Positions 25,950 to 38,724 of a stretch of 50,894 nt of DNA are shown piece after piece; within the stretch, counting starts at the first letter, position 1, and the number at the start of each line of letters is the position of its first letter. Source of the DNA: Vicugna vicugna (lineage: Eukaryota); contig MU058718.1 in the NCBI GenBank assembly GCA_013265495.1, positions 3,247,779 to 3,298,672 of the forward strand, read 5' to 3'. A program made the translations under genes and the position numbers. The notes under the pieces were generated by a model, which was not told where the DNA came from, made no database searches, and saw only the letters and a program-made list of their open reading frames with translations.

Positions 25950-27945
25950 GGTGATCTCATGCAACTTACATGATAAAAGTGACATCTCAATTCACTGAGG
26001 CAAAGATGGACTTTTAATTAATGATGTCAGGGTAGCCATTTAGAAAAAAATAGTAAAGTTGGATCTGTATTTCATGCCAGACAAAAGAATAAACTCAAAA
26101 TGTATCAGATATCTAAGTGCAAAAGATAAAAAAGTACATGAGAACGAGAAAAAACAAGTAAATTGACTATTATATATCCATTCAGACAAATCAAATGCCA
26201 ATGCACAAGGCTCTGGGTTTAATCCCAGTACTTTCATTAAAATAAATAAACACATAAATAAAAACCTAATTACCCCCCCAAAATAAAAACAAACAAATGA
26301 AATGCCAAAAGGATAAACCCTAAATTAATGAGATTGGTTACCTACAATGAGTGGAACAGGGCAAGAAAAAAAAAATGGGGAAAGAGAAAGGGAGCAGAAA
26401 TATTCTGAGTATGCTTTGTTTTAAACAATTCTAATACTTAAAACAATGTAACATTTCACATACCAAAAAAATAAATGATTAAAATAAACTAGGAGGTGTG
26501 GAGAAGTCAAAATGGAATAAGCAGTAACAAATGAACTTAACTGGATTACAAATAAATGAATAATACACCCACACAAAGGCAGGCAGTAGGAAAAGCAAGA
26601 GCTATCTTAAGAAACAGTATTTTGACAATCTACTACAAAAAAAAAAGCAGACAAATAGAAATATGCACAAAAGTTATGTTCTTAGTACATTTGTGAACAC
26701 TGGTTGTGAACAAACAAGTAAAATCTGCTCTGGATAACAGGAGCCAGGGTTCTCATTATCAAAGACAGACATTACAAATAAGGAAGAGGGGGTGAGGTGC
26801 TGGAATGAATCCTGTGGTGTTGGAACTGGAGGTGTCAATACGAACTCACATATTTTAGTATTTGTACAGATGGACAGCTATAAAAATAGATTAAAAGCGT
26901 GTGTGTGCATGGTTAATGCACATACACACACACATGTATTTCCTAGTTCTACCCTCTGAGAGGGACGAGAAGCAAGATCTTGCACATCTTGCTCCAACAT
27001 CTTGGTTTCCAGATACCATTCTCCAGTAAATGGAACCAAAGCTCCTTAGAGAAATGGTAGGCTCCAAGCCTGGAGCAAGAAAAATAGAAGATGCACCTGG
27101 AACATCTTCTGGTGCCAGCAAGTAAGGAACTGCTCAAAAAATGATAGGAGTATGCCAACAGGACACAGGAGCCAAATGGAAGGAGCTAAGGCAGCATTCC
27201 GATTAATAAATGTAGAAGGAATGATGGAACTAGAAAATCAGTGTTATATACTATACCTATACAAACACTATACCTAACAACTATTGCATACAAGAACCAT
27301 TAAAGAATGACAAGATTAGCAGGCAAAAGTATTACAAGAAACAGGATATTTTCATGGTCTCAAAGTATCTCCCTACAAGAGATTTACTACTTACAAAAGA
27401 AAAAACAGTCACCTTACAGTGCAGAAACCTGGCATACAACATCATAATCAAGCCATCAAAGTGAACATCACCAGTAAGAAGACAGGGCGACACCATGTAC
27501 CCCCGACAGGATGCACTGAAGGGCACAACGTAACATCTCTGGTATTCTTACCAAAAAATGCATGTCACATAAGAAATTATCAGACAAACCCAAATTGAGG
27601 GATATTCTACAACATAACTGACCAGTACTCCCCCAAAGTGTCAAGGTCATGAAAGACACAGAATATTGGAGAGATTACAGAGATACGACAACTAAATGCA
27701 ACACGTGATCGTGGATTAGATCCGGGACCAGAAGGATTTCTTCAACATTAGTGGGAAAACTGTTGAAATGCAAATAAGGTTAGAAGTTAATTGTAGAATG
27801 TCAATGTTAATTTCCTTATTCTATTGAATAAGTGTAAACAGGAGAGAAGGCTGATTGATGAGTATACAGTAAATCTCTATTATTTTTGCAAGTCTTTTCT
27901 ATAAACCTACACTTATTTCAATAAAGAAAACTTTTTAGAGGATTA
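25950..27945 (+). mobile_element. Old L1 (L1MC-like) 3' region, interrupted by a SINE
   Basis: caaagtatctccctacaag...gaaattatcagacaaacccaaattgagggatattctac...tgtcaaggtcatgaaagaca, typical of L1MC 3' UTRs. Confidence 0.8.
26202..26292 (+). mobile_element. 5'-truncated Vic-1-like SINE with TSD
   Basis: ctgggtttaatcccagtact...aacctaattacccccc; TSD acaaat(c/g)aaatgccaa at 26186-26201 / 26293-26308 (15/16). Confidence 0.8.
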
Positions 27946-28284
27946 AAAAGTGGTTCTGTGACGTAAAAACATGTCCGTGTGAACATTTCTGAAGGGTATT
28001 ACATGTGTAATACCTTTTTATAATTACTGAGCTTAAATTGTTCTGTAGATATTGATGTGTAAACTCTGTAGGAAGAATGCTGGACACCAGAAAAGACATC
28101 AGCAGGACAATACTTCGTTTAAAACATCATTAAATAAAATACAGCCTATTTGTTTATTTAGCAGATTTAGGGAAACAGGAATAATAATGTGCCATTTCTA
28201 TTTTCAGAAATATAACGAAGTAGTCACTAGATGAATACTAAGTGCTCAGAATTGAGCTGGGTTCTATTAAGCTCACAAAATTTT

Positions 28285-28700
28285 AGCGGATCCCTCTGAT
28301 GCACTGCTGTAGATCCTTCTGGTCCCACCTCTTAAGAGTTAATGCTTGCACAGACAACCTTAACCAACAGGAGGCAAAAACCAGTGGATAAATCCTTCCC
28401 CCTTTTGTCTCCCAGGAAAACAGCTCTGAGACACATTTAAAAGAATATCCCATCAAGACTGTGCACCACTCACCCACGGGAATGGACAACTTAATAATGT
28501 ACCACTGTATTAGTTTTCCCTCCTTCCCTGTTAAGTTCCCCTGATTCATCCTCCTTGCTCAATGGGATCACTTCCAAACAATTTGTTCACCAGTCTTCGT
28601 CCTGGGCTCTGCTTTTGGGGGGCGGGAAGGGGGTGGAACTAGGGGAGCAGGGTCCCAGGAGGGTGTTGGGGAAGGGATAGCAGTGACCCAAGCTAAGAAA
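28285..28700 (+). mobile_element. ERVL solo LTR (LTR16-like)
   Basis: cagctctgagacacattt...tgtattagttttccctccttccctgt...gggatcacttcc...gggctctgctttt...acccaagctaaga. Confidence 0.7.
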
Positions 28701-29674
28701 AAGATATAGGCTTACCTTTAAATATAAGTTGCAGACACAAATATAGAACAGATACCAGTCAGCGGGAGTATATTACTAAGTGCATAAAATAGTCATAAAG
28801 ATGTCCACAAATGAGAGTCCCACCCAGTGAACTCTCTGTTCCAGATGGAGGTAGATCCTGAAGTGATCCCTGAAGGAGTAATAATTCTTTAAGAGAGTGA
28901 GAGGGTAAGCAGAGGGCATTCCTCATTCACGGAAGGGCAACTCAGGAACCAAATTAAGATGGGTTTTCTTTTTTGCCACATGAAAAACAAGACAGTCAAA
29001 AGACTTCAACGGCACTGTTCAAGGACTTCTTATGTACATGAGCTCTTAAAGAGTCCATCATTAGCATTAGCCAGCAAGGATGAAAAATTAAAGTATTTTG
29101 ACCTGGGAAGGGAAAAGATGTGTCTCAGATTCAGTTAGATAAAATTTAAGTCCCACTTTTTTTTTAAGGGAGAGATCTGTTTTGTACAATACCAGATAGG
29201 AAATATTTGGTTTATTTATGCCAGGAACAAAAAAGGCAAAGGAGCCTAAAAGAAATACAATTTAGCAAAATTTCCATTCAGCCTGTTAATAAAAATAAAT
29301 TCAGTCTTATTGATACTTACAACAATTTGTAACAAAACAGCTACCTAATAAGTTATGCCAACCACAATAACATTGCTTTATACTTGGCACACAACACTTC
29401 TGTTGCTCTTTTCTCCCCGTGTTTCCTTTCTTTATGGTAATACATTTGTTTGTTTTCTTTAAAATATGTATTAGCTACTTCCCTTAAGAAGAAAAAACAG
29501 GAAATGTGAACCAAGACTGTGGTTAGCAAGTACCCAAGTTCCTTGCCAGTCTGAAATTTCAGCTGGAAAAACAGTCAATCATTAAACAGTGTACCGTAAA
29601 CCTGGTCAAGAAATCCTACGAGGTTTTGAAGATTTCCAAGAGAGCTACTTCTGGGATGAACGGCTTCTCCCAAG

Positions 29675-29678
<4 letters not shown>

Positions 29679-29704
<26 letters not shown>
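29679..29704. repeat. (AC)13 microsatellite
   Basis: Perfect dinucleotide run read directly from the sequence. Confidence 0.97.
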
Positions 29705-29705
<1 letters not shown>

Positions 29706-30879
29706 GGAGTTTAGTGTAAATAAAAAGAATAAAACATAATGCTTGGTCCAGAGAATTCACTCTTATTACTTCCATATTTAACATACCTGATGAGGATGAC
29801 TTTTAAGTTTCTAAATCCCATCCCCACGAGACAAGTTTTCCTCAGTATGTCAAACCAAATTGCTTTCATTTATCTTTTTCAGTTTCTCAAACTTTTAGGA
29901 AATCTAACCACATAAAGTTACACAGCGTGTGCACTGCACAGATATACCTGGCCAACGGGATGTGAGGGCCAAGGAGGAGGTTGTTTAGCCCTGAGAAAAC
30001 GAACAAATATAAATATACATGCAAAACTGCACATAAGTTCAGAGCCTCCCCAACCCTCTGAAGCCCAGACCACAAGTTCAGAACCCCCTGCCCTACTCAT
30101 TTCTACCCAAATAAATAAGGTCTGCCTTTTACAATATTGCTGAGTCAATCCTATCTAAGACACAAAATTATAAATGTGCCTTCTTCAAGGAAAAAGATTT
30201 ATCTTTACCAAGTTAATTAAATATTTTGTCTCTGCTACAAAGCATAGATTTTTATCTAAATAAGATCTTAACACAGTAACTCAAGTATTTTCTCTGCAAT
30301 TTCTCTTCTGCCCCATGAAAGGTCACTCTGGCGTTCTAAATCTAGTAAAGAGCTAACATGATAGAAAGTATATCCAGAAGTGAAAGTCACATTAATAACT
30401 TTGTGGTATCTATGTTATAAAGTTTCACTAAAATAAGTAGAATCTATTATTTGAAACTATCAGTTATCATAGCCTGAGTGAAACGACACAGGAACATACA
30501 CTTAGATACACACATTCGTCAAATCCAACTGATTTAATAAAAATATCTGACAAAAACTTGAACACAGTGAGACAGCTAAGTACAGGAGCTAACAGCCACC
30601 ACGGGAGCTTCTGCTGACCACTGGTAGATACGATTTCCAGCTTTTTGGTCTTTACGAAAACAGGGGAACCAAAGAAAAAGCCTAGGATGACAGGTCGCAC
30701 AAGATGAGACTTACCATTAACTTCCTCAGAGATAAGATGAACACAAACACGGTAAGAAAACGTGCCTATGTTACTTTAGCTCTGGGAGATAAATCTTCTC
30801 TGGGAGTTTCTATCCTCAAGCTGGCCCTGCTCACAAAGACAAAAATCTGTACCAACATTAAGCGTTAAAAACACTATGG

Positions 30880-31900
30880 TGAGAATTCAGTTTAAAACAC
30901 CCCAAAGTGACTGGCAGAAATAAATGCAAATCCTAAAGGAACATACCTTAAAGCCAGGCCTCCAAGGGTTTACAGATAAAGTAAATATGACCTTAAGATA
31001 AAAAATCCTTAGGCACAGGAAGAAACAAAATTAGCATACATGACTGGCACTCAGCAGAACACAAACTACCACATCAGACTCATGACTGGAAATAATTATG
31101 CTGACTACATTTAAATATAAAAAGCTAGTACTTAAAATATGAACAGGCAGATTTTGCAAGTAGAGTGTCCAGAAATTAAAAATATATAATTGAATTTAGA
31201 AACTCAATGAAAAGATCAAACAGAAGTTTAGACATGATTGAAAAAGAATTACTATTGGAGATAGTTCTGGAGAAATTATTCAGAATGAAGGAAAGAACAA
31301 AGAGAAAAAAAAACTTAGAAGAGAAATTAACAGCTACTGAGAACAGAGGGAGAAAACCTCTAATAAGCAGCAGCTAACAGGAAATACAGAGGCGGAGCAG
31401 CACTCAAAGACGCAGCAGCCGAAAATTTCCCAAAAATGATTAAACGTACAAATCCTCAGATTCCACAATCCTGAAGAGTCCTAAAAAGCTGAACTAAAAG
31501 AGATCTACACCTCGAAAGTACAGAACAAAAGGCAGAATGTAAATGCAACCAGAGGAAAAAAGACAGGTTACCTTTAAAAAATTAGTCTAATAACTGGCTT
31601 CTAAAAATTCATAAGACTTACTCCAGATAGAAGTAAAATGGGCCCAAAGTTATGGTACATGATGTATAAAACAATGGTGAGCAACATAAATGGAAAATAT
31701 ATGGGAAAATCTAAATTAACAATGACTGCACAAGGCAGCAGCAACAATAGTAATACCTGAATTGTGGGATTAAATCCAGAGAACTAAAATTTAAAAATAA
31801 CAGCATACAATTTGGGAGATGGGCAAAATGGATTACATTTTGAATTTGTTAAGTTAAACATGCTTGTTAGAACCATGAAAAAGTTAAAATAGCATTTTTT
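30880..31900 (+). mobile_element. Old L1M ORF1-region remnant
   Basis: gaatttagaaactcaatg...cagaagtttagacatgattgaaaaagaatt...gaaaatttcccaaaaatgat...aatcctcagattc. Confidence 0.65.
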
Positions 31901-31994
31901 TTACAGAAACAAAACGTATTGGACTAAAAAGACACTATAGCATTCCAGACAGAACAGGTTTCAAGCAGAACAACAAAGAAAAAACATGAAAAAA

Positions 31995-33147
31995 AAATGT
32001 GCTAAAGGAAAAAAATCCAAAACCTAAGACACCCTATACAGCAAGGTTATCATTCAGAATTGAAGGAAAGATAAAGAACTTTTCAGACAAGCAAAAACTA
32101 AAGGAGTTCATCTACACTAAACTGACTGTACGAGAAGGGTTAAAGGGTCATCTTTAAGTGAAAAAGAAAAGGTTACAATAAGGAAAAAGAAATTATAGGA
32201 AGAAAAAAATCCCACTGGTAAAGGTTAATATATAGTAAAGGCTATAGATGAACCACTTAAATAAACTAGTATGAAAGTTAAAAGACAAAAACTGTAAAAC
32301 TCTACCGTAACTATAATAAACAGTTAAGGGATACACATGAAGATGTAAACTATGACATCAGAAACACAAAATGTGTGTATGGCGGGTGGGTAGCAAAAAA
32401 TGCAGCACTTTTTGAATGTGCCTGAACTTAAATGTCTATCAGCTTAAAAGTAGATATATAGATCAATACATATGGCAACCACAGATCAAAAACTAACCAG
32501 ATACACAAAAATTAGAGAGAAAGGAGCAGGAACATAACACTAAAGAAAACTGTCAAACCACAAGGGAAGAGACTAAAGGAAATTAACATTTCTATTACAG
32601 AACTACAGAAACAACCAGAAAACATTATTTACAACTGCCAAGATACGTAAGCAACCCAAGTGTCCATCAACAGATGAATGGATAAAGAAAATGTGGTATG
32701 TCTACATACAATAGGTTACTCAGCCATAAAAAGGAATGAATTTTGCCATTTGCAACAATATGGATGGACCTGGGGGGTATTATGCTTAGTGAAGTCACAC
32801 AGAGAACGACAAACCCTCTATGATTTCACTTGTATGTGGAATCTAAAAATAGAAATTACACAAATGAATTTAACAGAACAGGAATATATAGACACAGAGA
32901 ACAAACTAGTTGTAACCAGTGGGAAGAGAGGTGGAGAGAAGGGGCAAGATGGGGGAAGGGGATTAAGAGTTACAAACTATTGGGTATAAAATAAGATACA
33001 AAGATATAATGTACAGAACAGGGAATATGGCCAATATTTTATACTAACTTTAAATTGAGTATAATCTATAAAAATACCAATTCACTATGTTGTACACTTG
33101 AAACTAATATAACATTGTAAATCAACTATATTGCAATGAAAAAAAAG
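31995..33147 (+). mobile_element. L1 derivative: ORF1 3' end and spacer joined to ORF2 tip, 3' UTR and A tail (half-L1-like)
   Basis: ORF1 C-terminal peptide ARLSFRIEGKIKNFSDKQKLKEF at about 32041-32110, junction near 32622, then QPKCPSTDEWIKKMW and the 3' UTR. Confidence 0.85.
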
Positions 33148-33254
33148 AAGGCTGGGATTTCTTAAACTTTACATTCTTTAGTTGTGACACAAACCTACTA
33201 TGTGTGCAGCATCCACCTAGATCTCTTTGTAAATAAAAAAGTACAAAAAAAGAG

Positions 33255-33671
33255 ATATAAATAAATACATAAATACATACATATATATATATGAAGAGAT
33301 TTATTATAGGAATGGATCACATGGTTATGAAGACCACAAAGTCTGGCAATCTGCTGTCTGCGAGCTGGAAAAACAGGGAAGCCAGTGATACAATTCAGTC
33401 CAAGGCCAAAGGCCCCCAAACCGTTATAAGCTCTGATGTCCGAGGGTAAAAGGAGAGTGGATCTGCCCTCTCAGCCTTTGTGTTCAATGTTGGCCTCAAC
33501 TTATTTAATGCTGTCTGTCCAAATTGGTGAGGGTGGATTTTCTTTATTCAGCCTAGTGATTCAAATGCTAATCCCTTCCAGAAACGCCCTCACAGACACA
33601 CCCAAAAATGTTTACAACAATCTGGGCATTCTTTAGCTCAGTCAAGTTGACACATAAAATTATCCATCACA
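33255..33671 (-). mobile_element. MLT2-type ERVL LTR
   Basis: gagatttattataggaat...aatctgctgtctgcgagctgga...gaaacgccctcacagacacaccca...cagtcaagttgacacataaaattatccatcaca. Confidence 0.85.
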
Positions 33672-34028
33672 GTGGGGAAACTACTAAATTTCCTTGTACA
33701 CATTTCATTACCATTACCCTGGAAAAACTAAAGGTTGAACATGGACAAAACCCCCACATTCAGGTCCTCTTTGATCACGCCCAAGTGGATTTCATACAAG
33801 TACACGCTGCTATGGGTTTTAAATATGCCTGGTCATAATTTGCTTGCTCTCAGGATAAGAATGAAGTCTCTGCCAGAGAGGTCTGGTTCTACCATAGGAG
33901 AAACACTACCTGATTTCATGTACCAACCTAGGAAATTCAAATCTATCTCTAGTGACAGGGGGACCAAGTTTTCTGGAACTATTATTAAAGAGCTTTGTAA
34001 AGTCCTACCACTTACTCAAAAAGTCTGT
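33672..34028 (+). pseudogene. Endogenous retrovirus integrase relic (frameshifted)
   Basis: Frames give HYPGKT / FDHAQVDFIQ..MGFKY / SISSDRGTKFSGTIIKELCKVLPLTQK, matching the rve core around the first two catalytic Asp residues. Confidence 0.8.
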
Positions 34029-34030
34029 TA

Positions 34031-36037
34031 CAGGCAAACCTTGGAGTTACTTCAGGTTCAGTTCCAGACCACTGCAAAAAAGCGAATTTGCAATAAAGCA
34101 AGTCACACAAATTTTTCAGTTTCCCAGTACATAAAAAAAGTTATGTTTACACTATTTTTCAGTCTATTAAATGTGCAATAGTATTATGTCTAAAAACAAG
34201 TCGTACATACCTTAATTTCAAAATACTTTATTACTAAAAATACTAACCATCATCTGAGTCTTCAGTGAGTCATTATCTTTTTGGTGGGAAGGGTCTTGCC
34301 TCCATGTTGACGGCTGCTGACTGATCAAGGTGGTGGTTGCTGCAGGCTGGGGTGGCTGTGGCATTTTCTTAAAATAAGACAATGAAGTATGCCTCACTGA
34401 TTGACTCCTCCTGTGACGAATGATTTCGCTGTAGCACTCAATGCTATTTGATAACCATTTTACCCACAGAACTTCTTTCAAAATTGGAGTCAGTCCTCTT
34501 ATACCCTGCTACTGCCTTATCAACTAAGTTTATGTAATATTCCAGATCCTTTGTTGTCACTTCAACAATCTTCACAGCATCTTCACCAGGAGTAGTTTCC
34601 ATCTCAAGAAACCATTTTCTTTGCTCATCTGTAAAAATTCCTCATCCATTCAACTTTTATCACGAGATTGCAGCCATGCAGTCACATCTTCAGGCTCCAC
34701 TTCTAATTCTAGTTCTTTTGCAAGTTTCATCACATCTGCAGTCACTTTCTTCACTGAAGTTATGGACCCCTCAAAGTTATCCATGAGGGTTGGAATCAAC
34801 TTCTACCAAACTCCTGTTAATGTGACATTTTGACCTCTGCCCATGAATCATTAATGTTCTTAATGGCATCTAGAATGGTGAATCCTTTCCGCAAGGTTTT
34901 CAATTTACTTAGCCCAGATCCATCAGAGAAATCACTATCCATGGCAGCTTTGGCCTTAAGAAATGTATTTCTTAAATAGTAAGACTTGAAAATCGAATGA
35001 CTCCTTCATCCATGGCCTGCAGAATGGATGTTGTGTTATCAGACATGAAAACAACAGTGATCTCACTGTACATCTCCCTCAGAGCTCCTAGGCGACCAGA
35101 AGCATTGTCAATGAGCAGTAATATTTTGAAAGGGGGAAACTTTTCACAGTAGGTCTCAACAGTGGACTTAAAATATTCAGTAAACCACACTGTGAACAGA
35201 TGTGCTGTCATTCAGGCTTTGTTGTTCCATTTACGGAGTACAGGCAAAGTCTACTTAGCAAAATTCTTAAGGGCCCTTAGATTTTCGTAACGGTAAATAA
35301 GCACTGGCTTCAACTTAAAGTCATCAAATGCATTAGCCCCTAACAAGAGTCAGACTGTCCTGAAGCTTTGAAACTAGGCATGACTTTTCCTCTCTAGCCG
35401 TCCAAGTCCCAGATGGCATCTTCTTTTGACAGAAGGCTGTTTCGTCTACATTGAAAATCTGTTGTTTAGTGAAGTCACCTTCATGAATAATCTGAGCTAG
35501 ACCTTCTGGAGAACTTGCTGCAGCTTCTACATCAGCACTTCTGCTTCACCCTGAACTTTTATGTTATGAACACAGCTTCTTTCCTTAAACCTCATACTAG
35601 CTTCAAACTTTTCTGCTGTAGCTTCCTCACCTCCCTCAACTTTCACGGAATTAAAGAGTTAGAGCCTTGTTCTGGAATAGGCTTTGGCATGAGAATGCTG
35701 TGGCTGGTTTGATTTTCTCTCCAGACCACTCAAACTTCCTCCATATAAGCAATAAAGCTGTTTTGCTTTCTTATCATTCCTGTGTTCACTGGAGTAGCAC
35801 TTTTAATTTCCCTTAAGAACTTTTCCTTTGCGTTCACAACTTGGTTAACTGTTTGGCGCAAGAGGCCTAGCTTTCAGCTTATTTCAGCTTTTGACATGCT
35901 TTCCTCACTAAGCTTAATCATTTCTAGCTTTTGATTTAAAGTGAGAGACATGTGACTCTTCACTGGAACACTTAGAAGTTATTGTAGGGTTATTAACTGG
36001 CCTAATTTCAATATTGTTGTTTCTAAGGGAATAGGGA
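34031..36037 (-). mobile_element. Tigger1 (pogo-like) DNA transposon, about 2.0 kb, one end missing
   Basis: TA|caggcaaacc terminus; minus-strand ORF fragment [15 protein letters not shown]...KILLLIDNA matches the Tigger1 DDE transposase; many stops. Confidence 0.93.
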
Positions 36038-36404
36038 AAAGCTTAAATTTTAAGGTACCAAAAAAAAAAAGCCCCATATAAGATTAAGATAGCATGATAT
36101 AAGAGAAGTTACTAGATGGAATATTCCCCCAAAAGTGTACTTTAATGAATACTAATGCCTTGGGGTGTTCAGAGGGTGTTAATTTTAAAAGGGGTTCTAT
36201 ATTCAAATAAATCTGGGGAATATCAGGTTGAACAAAGGTAAACTGGTCTCGTTGATACAGGGACTAATGTACTATGAACATCCAGGAGAACAGTACACAG
36301 AGGTTTTCCCCAAACTCATTTCACCATGAAGACCTTCTGCATGAAAACATCTTGTGGGACTAGAGTTTTACACAAGATAATCTGAAAAACACTTAACTCT
36401 ATAC

Positions 36405-36620
36405 TAAAGTCAGTGATCCTAGGTTCAAGTCTTAATTCCAGCACTTATTGGTTGTGTAACTTCAGGCAGGTCTCTTGGCCTCTCAAAGTTTCAATTTTCT
36501 TATATGTAAAATAATAACAATATAGTAATACCTGCCCTAAAATCAAGATCGCTGAGAAAGCCAAGTGAGATAAAGCTTATGAAAGCCCTCTGTAAAGTGT
36601 AAAACAATACACACCAGTAA
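36405..36620 (+). mobile_element. MIR SINE
   Basis: cctaggttcaagtc...tgtgtaacttcaggcagg...tgtaaaata...tgagataaagcttatgaaagccc. Confidence 0.75.
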
Positions 36621-37083
36621 CATGTTTTTAACAATACCTCATGTTAGAGATAAGGTAAATCAATGGGGGTCAAGGGACAGAAAATGGATAATATTGTAAT
36701 AAAAGCTGTATTGTGCAAAGTTGGATAACTAGCACCATCGGAGCTTTCTTTGTGGTCCACTTCAAGATTAGTAGTTGAATGAATACATTTGGCAAACATT
36801 AAGCCATCATAGCGCCAAGATACAAATGTGATCCACATGAACTTAACTTGGGTACTTCTCTTGTACTCTTAAGTTTTATAATGATGCGTCAACTAGGAGA
36901 AAAAAGCAACAGAATCTCAGTGTACCCAACTGGTCTTTCCATCCTTAGTACCATGCATCAGGTTCAATCTGATCTCCCCATATGAAGAGGCTGAAATGTT
37001 AATAATGCAACTAAAATTCAAGGATAATGTTTCACCTTGATGATTTTGTCTTTCCAACAAAGACACAGAGAAATGAGGCTTTG

Positions 37084-37231
37084 TTCAGGTTTTGTTGTTG
37101 CATTTACAGAGCACAGGCAATGTCTACTTAGCATAACTCTTAAAGGCCCTCAAATTTTCATAATGGTAAATGAGCACTGGCTTCAACTTCAAGTCACCAA
37201 CTGCATTAGCCCCTAACAAGAGTCAGCCTGT
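37084..37231 (-). repeat. Isolated 148-bp copy of Tigger1 internal sequence (matches 35211-35358)
   Basis: Ungapped hand alignment gives 17 mismatches in 148 nt (about 88%). Confidence 0.9.
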
Positions 37232-38724
37232 TACTACAGGCCTAAGTGACATAGCGATACACACTGTCACCTGATAGCTCTATAAGCCAACAGCCCTTTT
37301 TGATCAGACTTGGGTTCTATTTAACACAAACAGGGCATTTAAGTTCACAGTGGTCATGAAGTAGGAAGAAATTAATTGATGTGAGGAGACCTGAATCCTT
37401 ACTTTCTACGGCCTCTTATGAGCTGCCTAATGAAGAAACTTCAGTTTATTCATCTTAGACTAGATGAGTGGTTCCCAGACTTCACAATTTTATGGTCCAG
37501 TAAAATTCTCCAAATTTAGGATACTCACAAGAGATTGTCAACTTTGAATTTACTACTTATTTTTTAATATAGTATTTTTAATTTTAAAAACATTAAGCAG
37601 AAGAATATAATCTTAAAGGATAGTCCTTTAATTTAATGAAAAAAAGTGTCCAGTCATTGTGTACCATAATTTCTTTGTAAGCTCAAAAGCAAAGGTGAGA
37701 ATAAGTAACAAACCATTTTGTGCAATTTACATATCCTTGGATTCAAAGTCAGCCTGAAGGTTGAGGTCATTTAATAATCTGAACTCATACATAAACACCG
37801 AACATGACAAAAAAACTTTTGCACACAGTATCTAACTGAAAGTTATTTAGTTTGGCTTCTCCAGCACCTATTGACAAGGAGTTCGAAAGTCATATTCAAA
37901 AAAGTAATCATACTCTTTACAGGTTTGCAAAATAACACTTCAAAAATGATTCAAAATACAATGCAAGTTATGTATTGTATTAAGCAGCTGGGTTCTTCAA
38001 CTGGAATCCCCTTTCATAAACATTAGATTAAAAAACATTACATACTGAGCTGCTCGCATATGCTAGGTTATAACTGGCATTTTTCACATAAATTATCTCA
38101 TTTAATCTTGACAATAAACAAATAAAAAACTAAAAAAAAAACCCCCACACATTTCAAAAGACATAAACATACCTTGTGCTTTCTTCCTCCTCCTCAAAGG
38201 GGACAAAATGGCAAAGCAATTCTTTCTTCCTTACCACCTTCAAATTTACATTGCTCCCATTCTCAATAGAAGACTCAAGTTACTGTCAAAAATGACACAT
38301 AAGAACTTGCTCATTAACACAAAATCCAAATAAAATAGGATTTAAACTTTCCCCTATTAAGTGAGGATGGAGTCAGCTTTCCCTGAAGCACAGGGCTGCA
38401 AAGAAAAGAACTTAAAATCTGGGTTCTGGCGTGAAGTATGTACACGTTACAGCAGACATCAGTGCTTACTATGAGAATGAAGGCAGGAAAGGCTGTTTCC
38501 TTTCCTGCTCCGCCATCTCAGAAGGCTGAGGACACAAGTCAGTGCTAGTGACACACACACAGCTCACCGCCAGCATTACCAGCTTTACTATTGGACTGTC
38601 TTCATTTACTTGGCATGAATATTCCAGGAAAGTTGCCAAGGAAGCTAAAGTCACAAGTAACTTTATTTTTCATTTCAAAAACTTCCTCAGAGTCATCTAT
38701 CTGAACACTAGATTACTCAACTTA

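Noticed and set aside
33735..34181. 148-aa ORF as a possible integrase-Tigger fusion gene
   Set aside because: TTG start; only part is in the integrase frame, the third catalytic residue is missing, and the tail is antisense Tigger1 terminus.
34972..35211. Transposase ORF as a domesticated TIGD-type gene
   Set aside because: Only 79 aa are open and the rest of the element has many stops and frameshifts.
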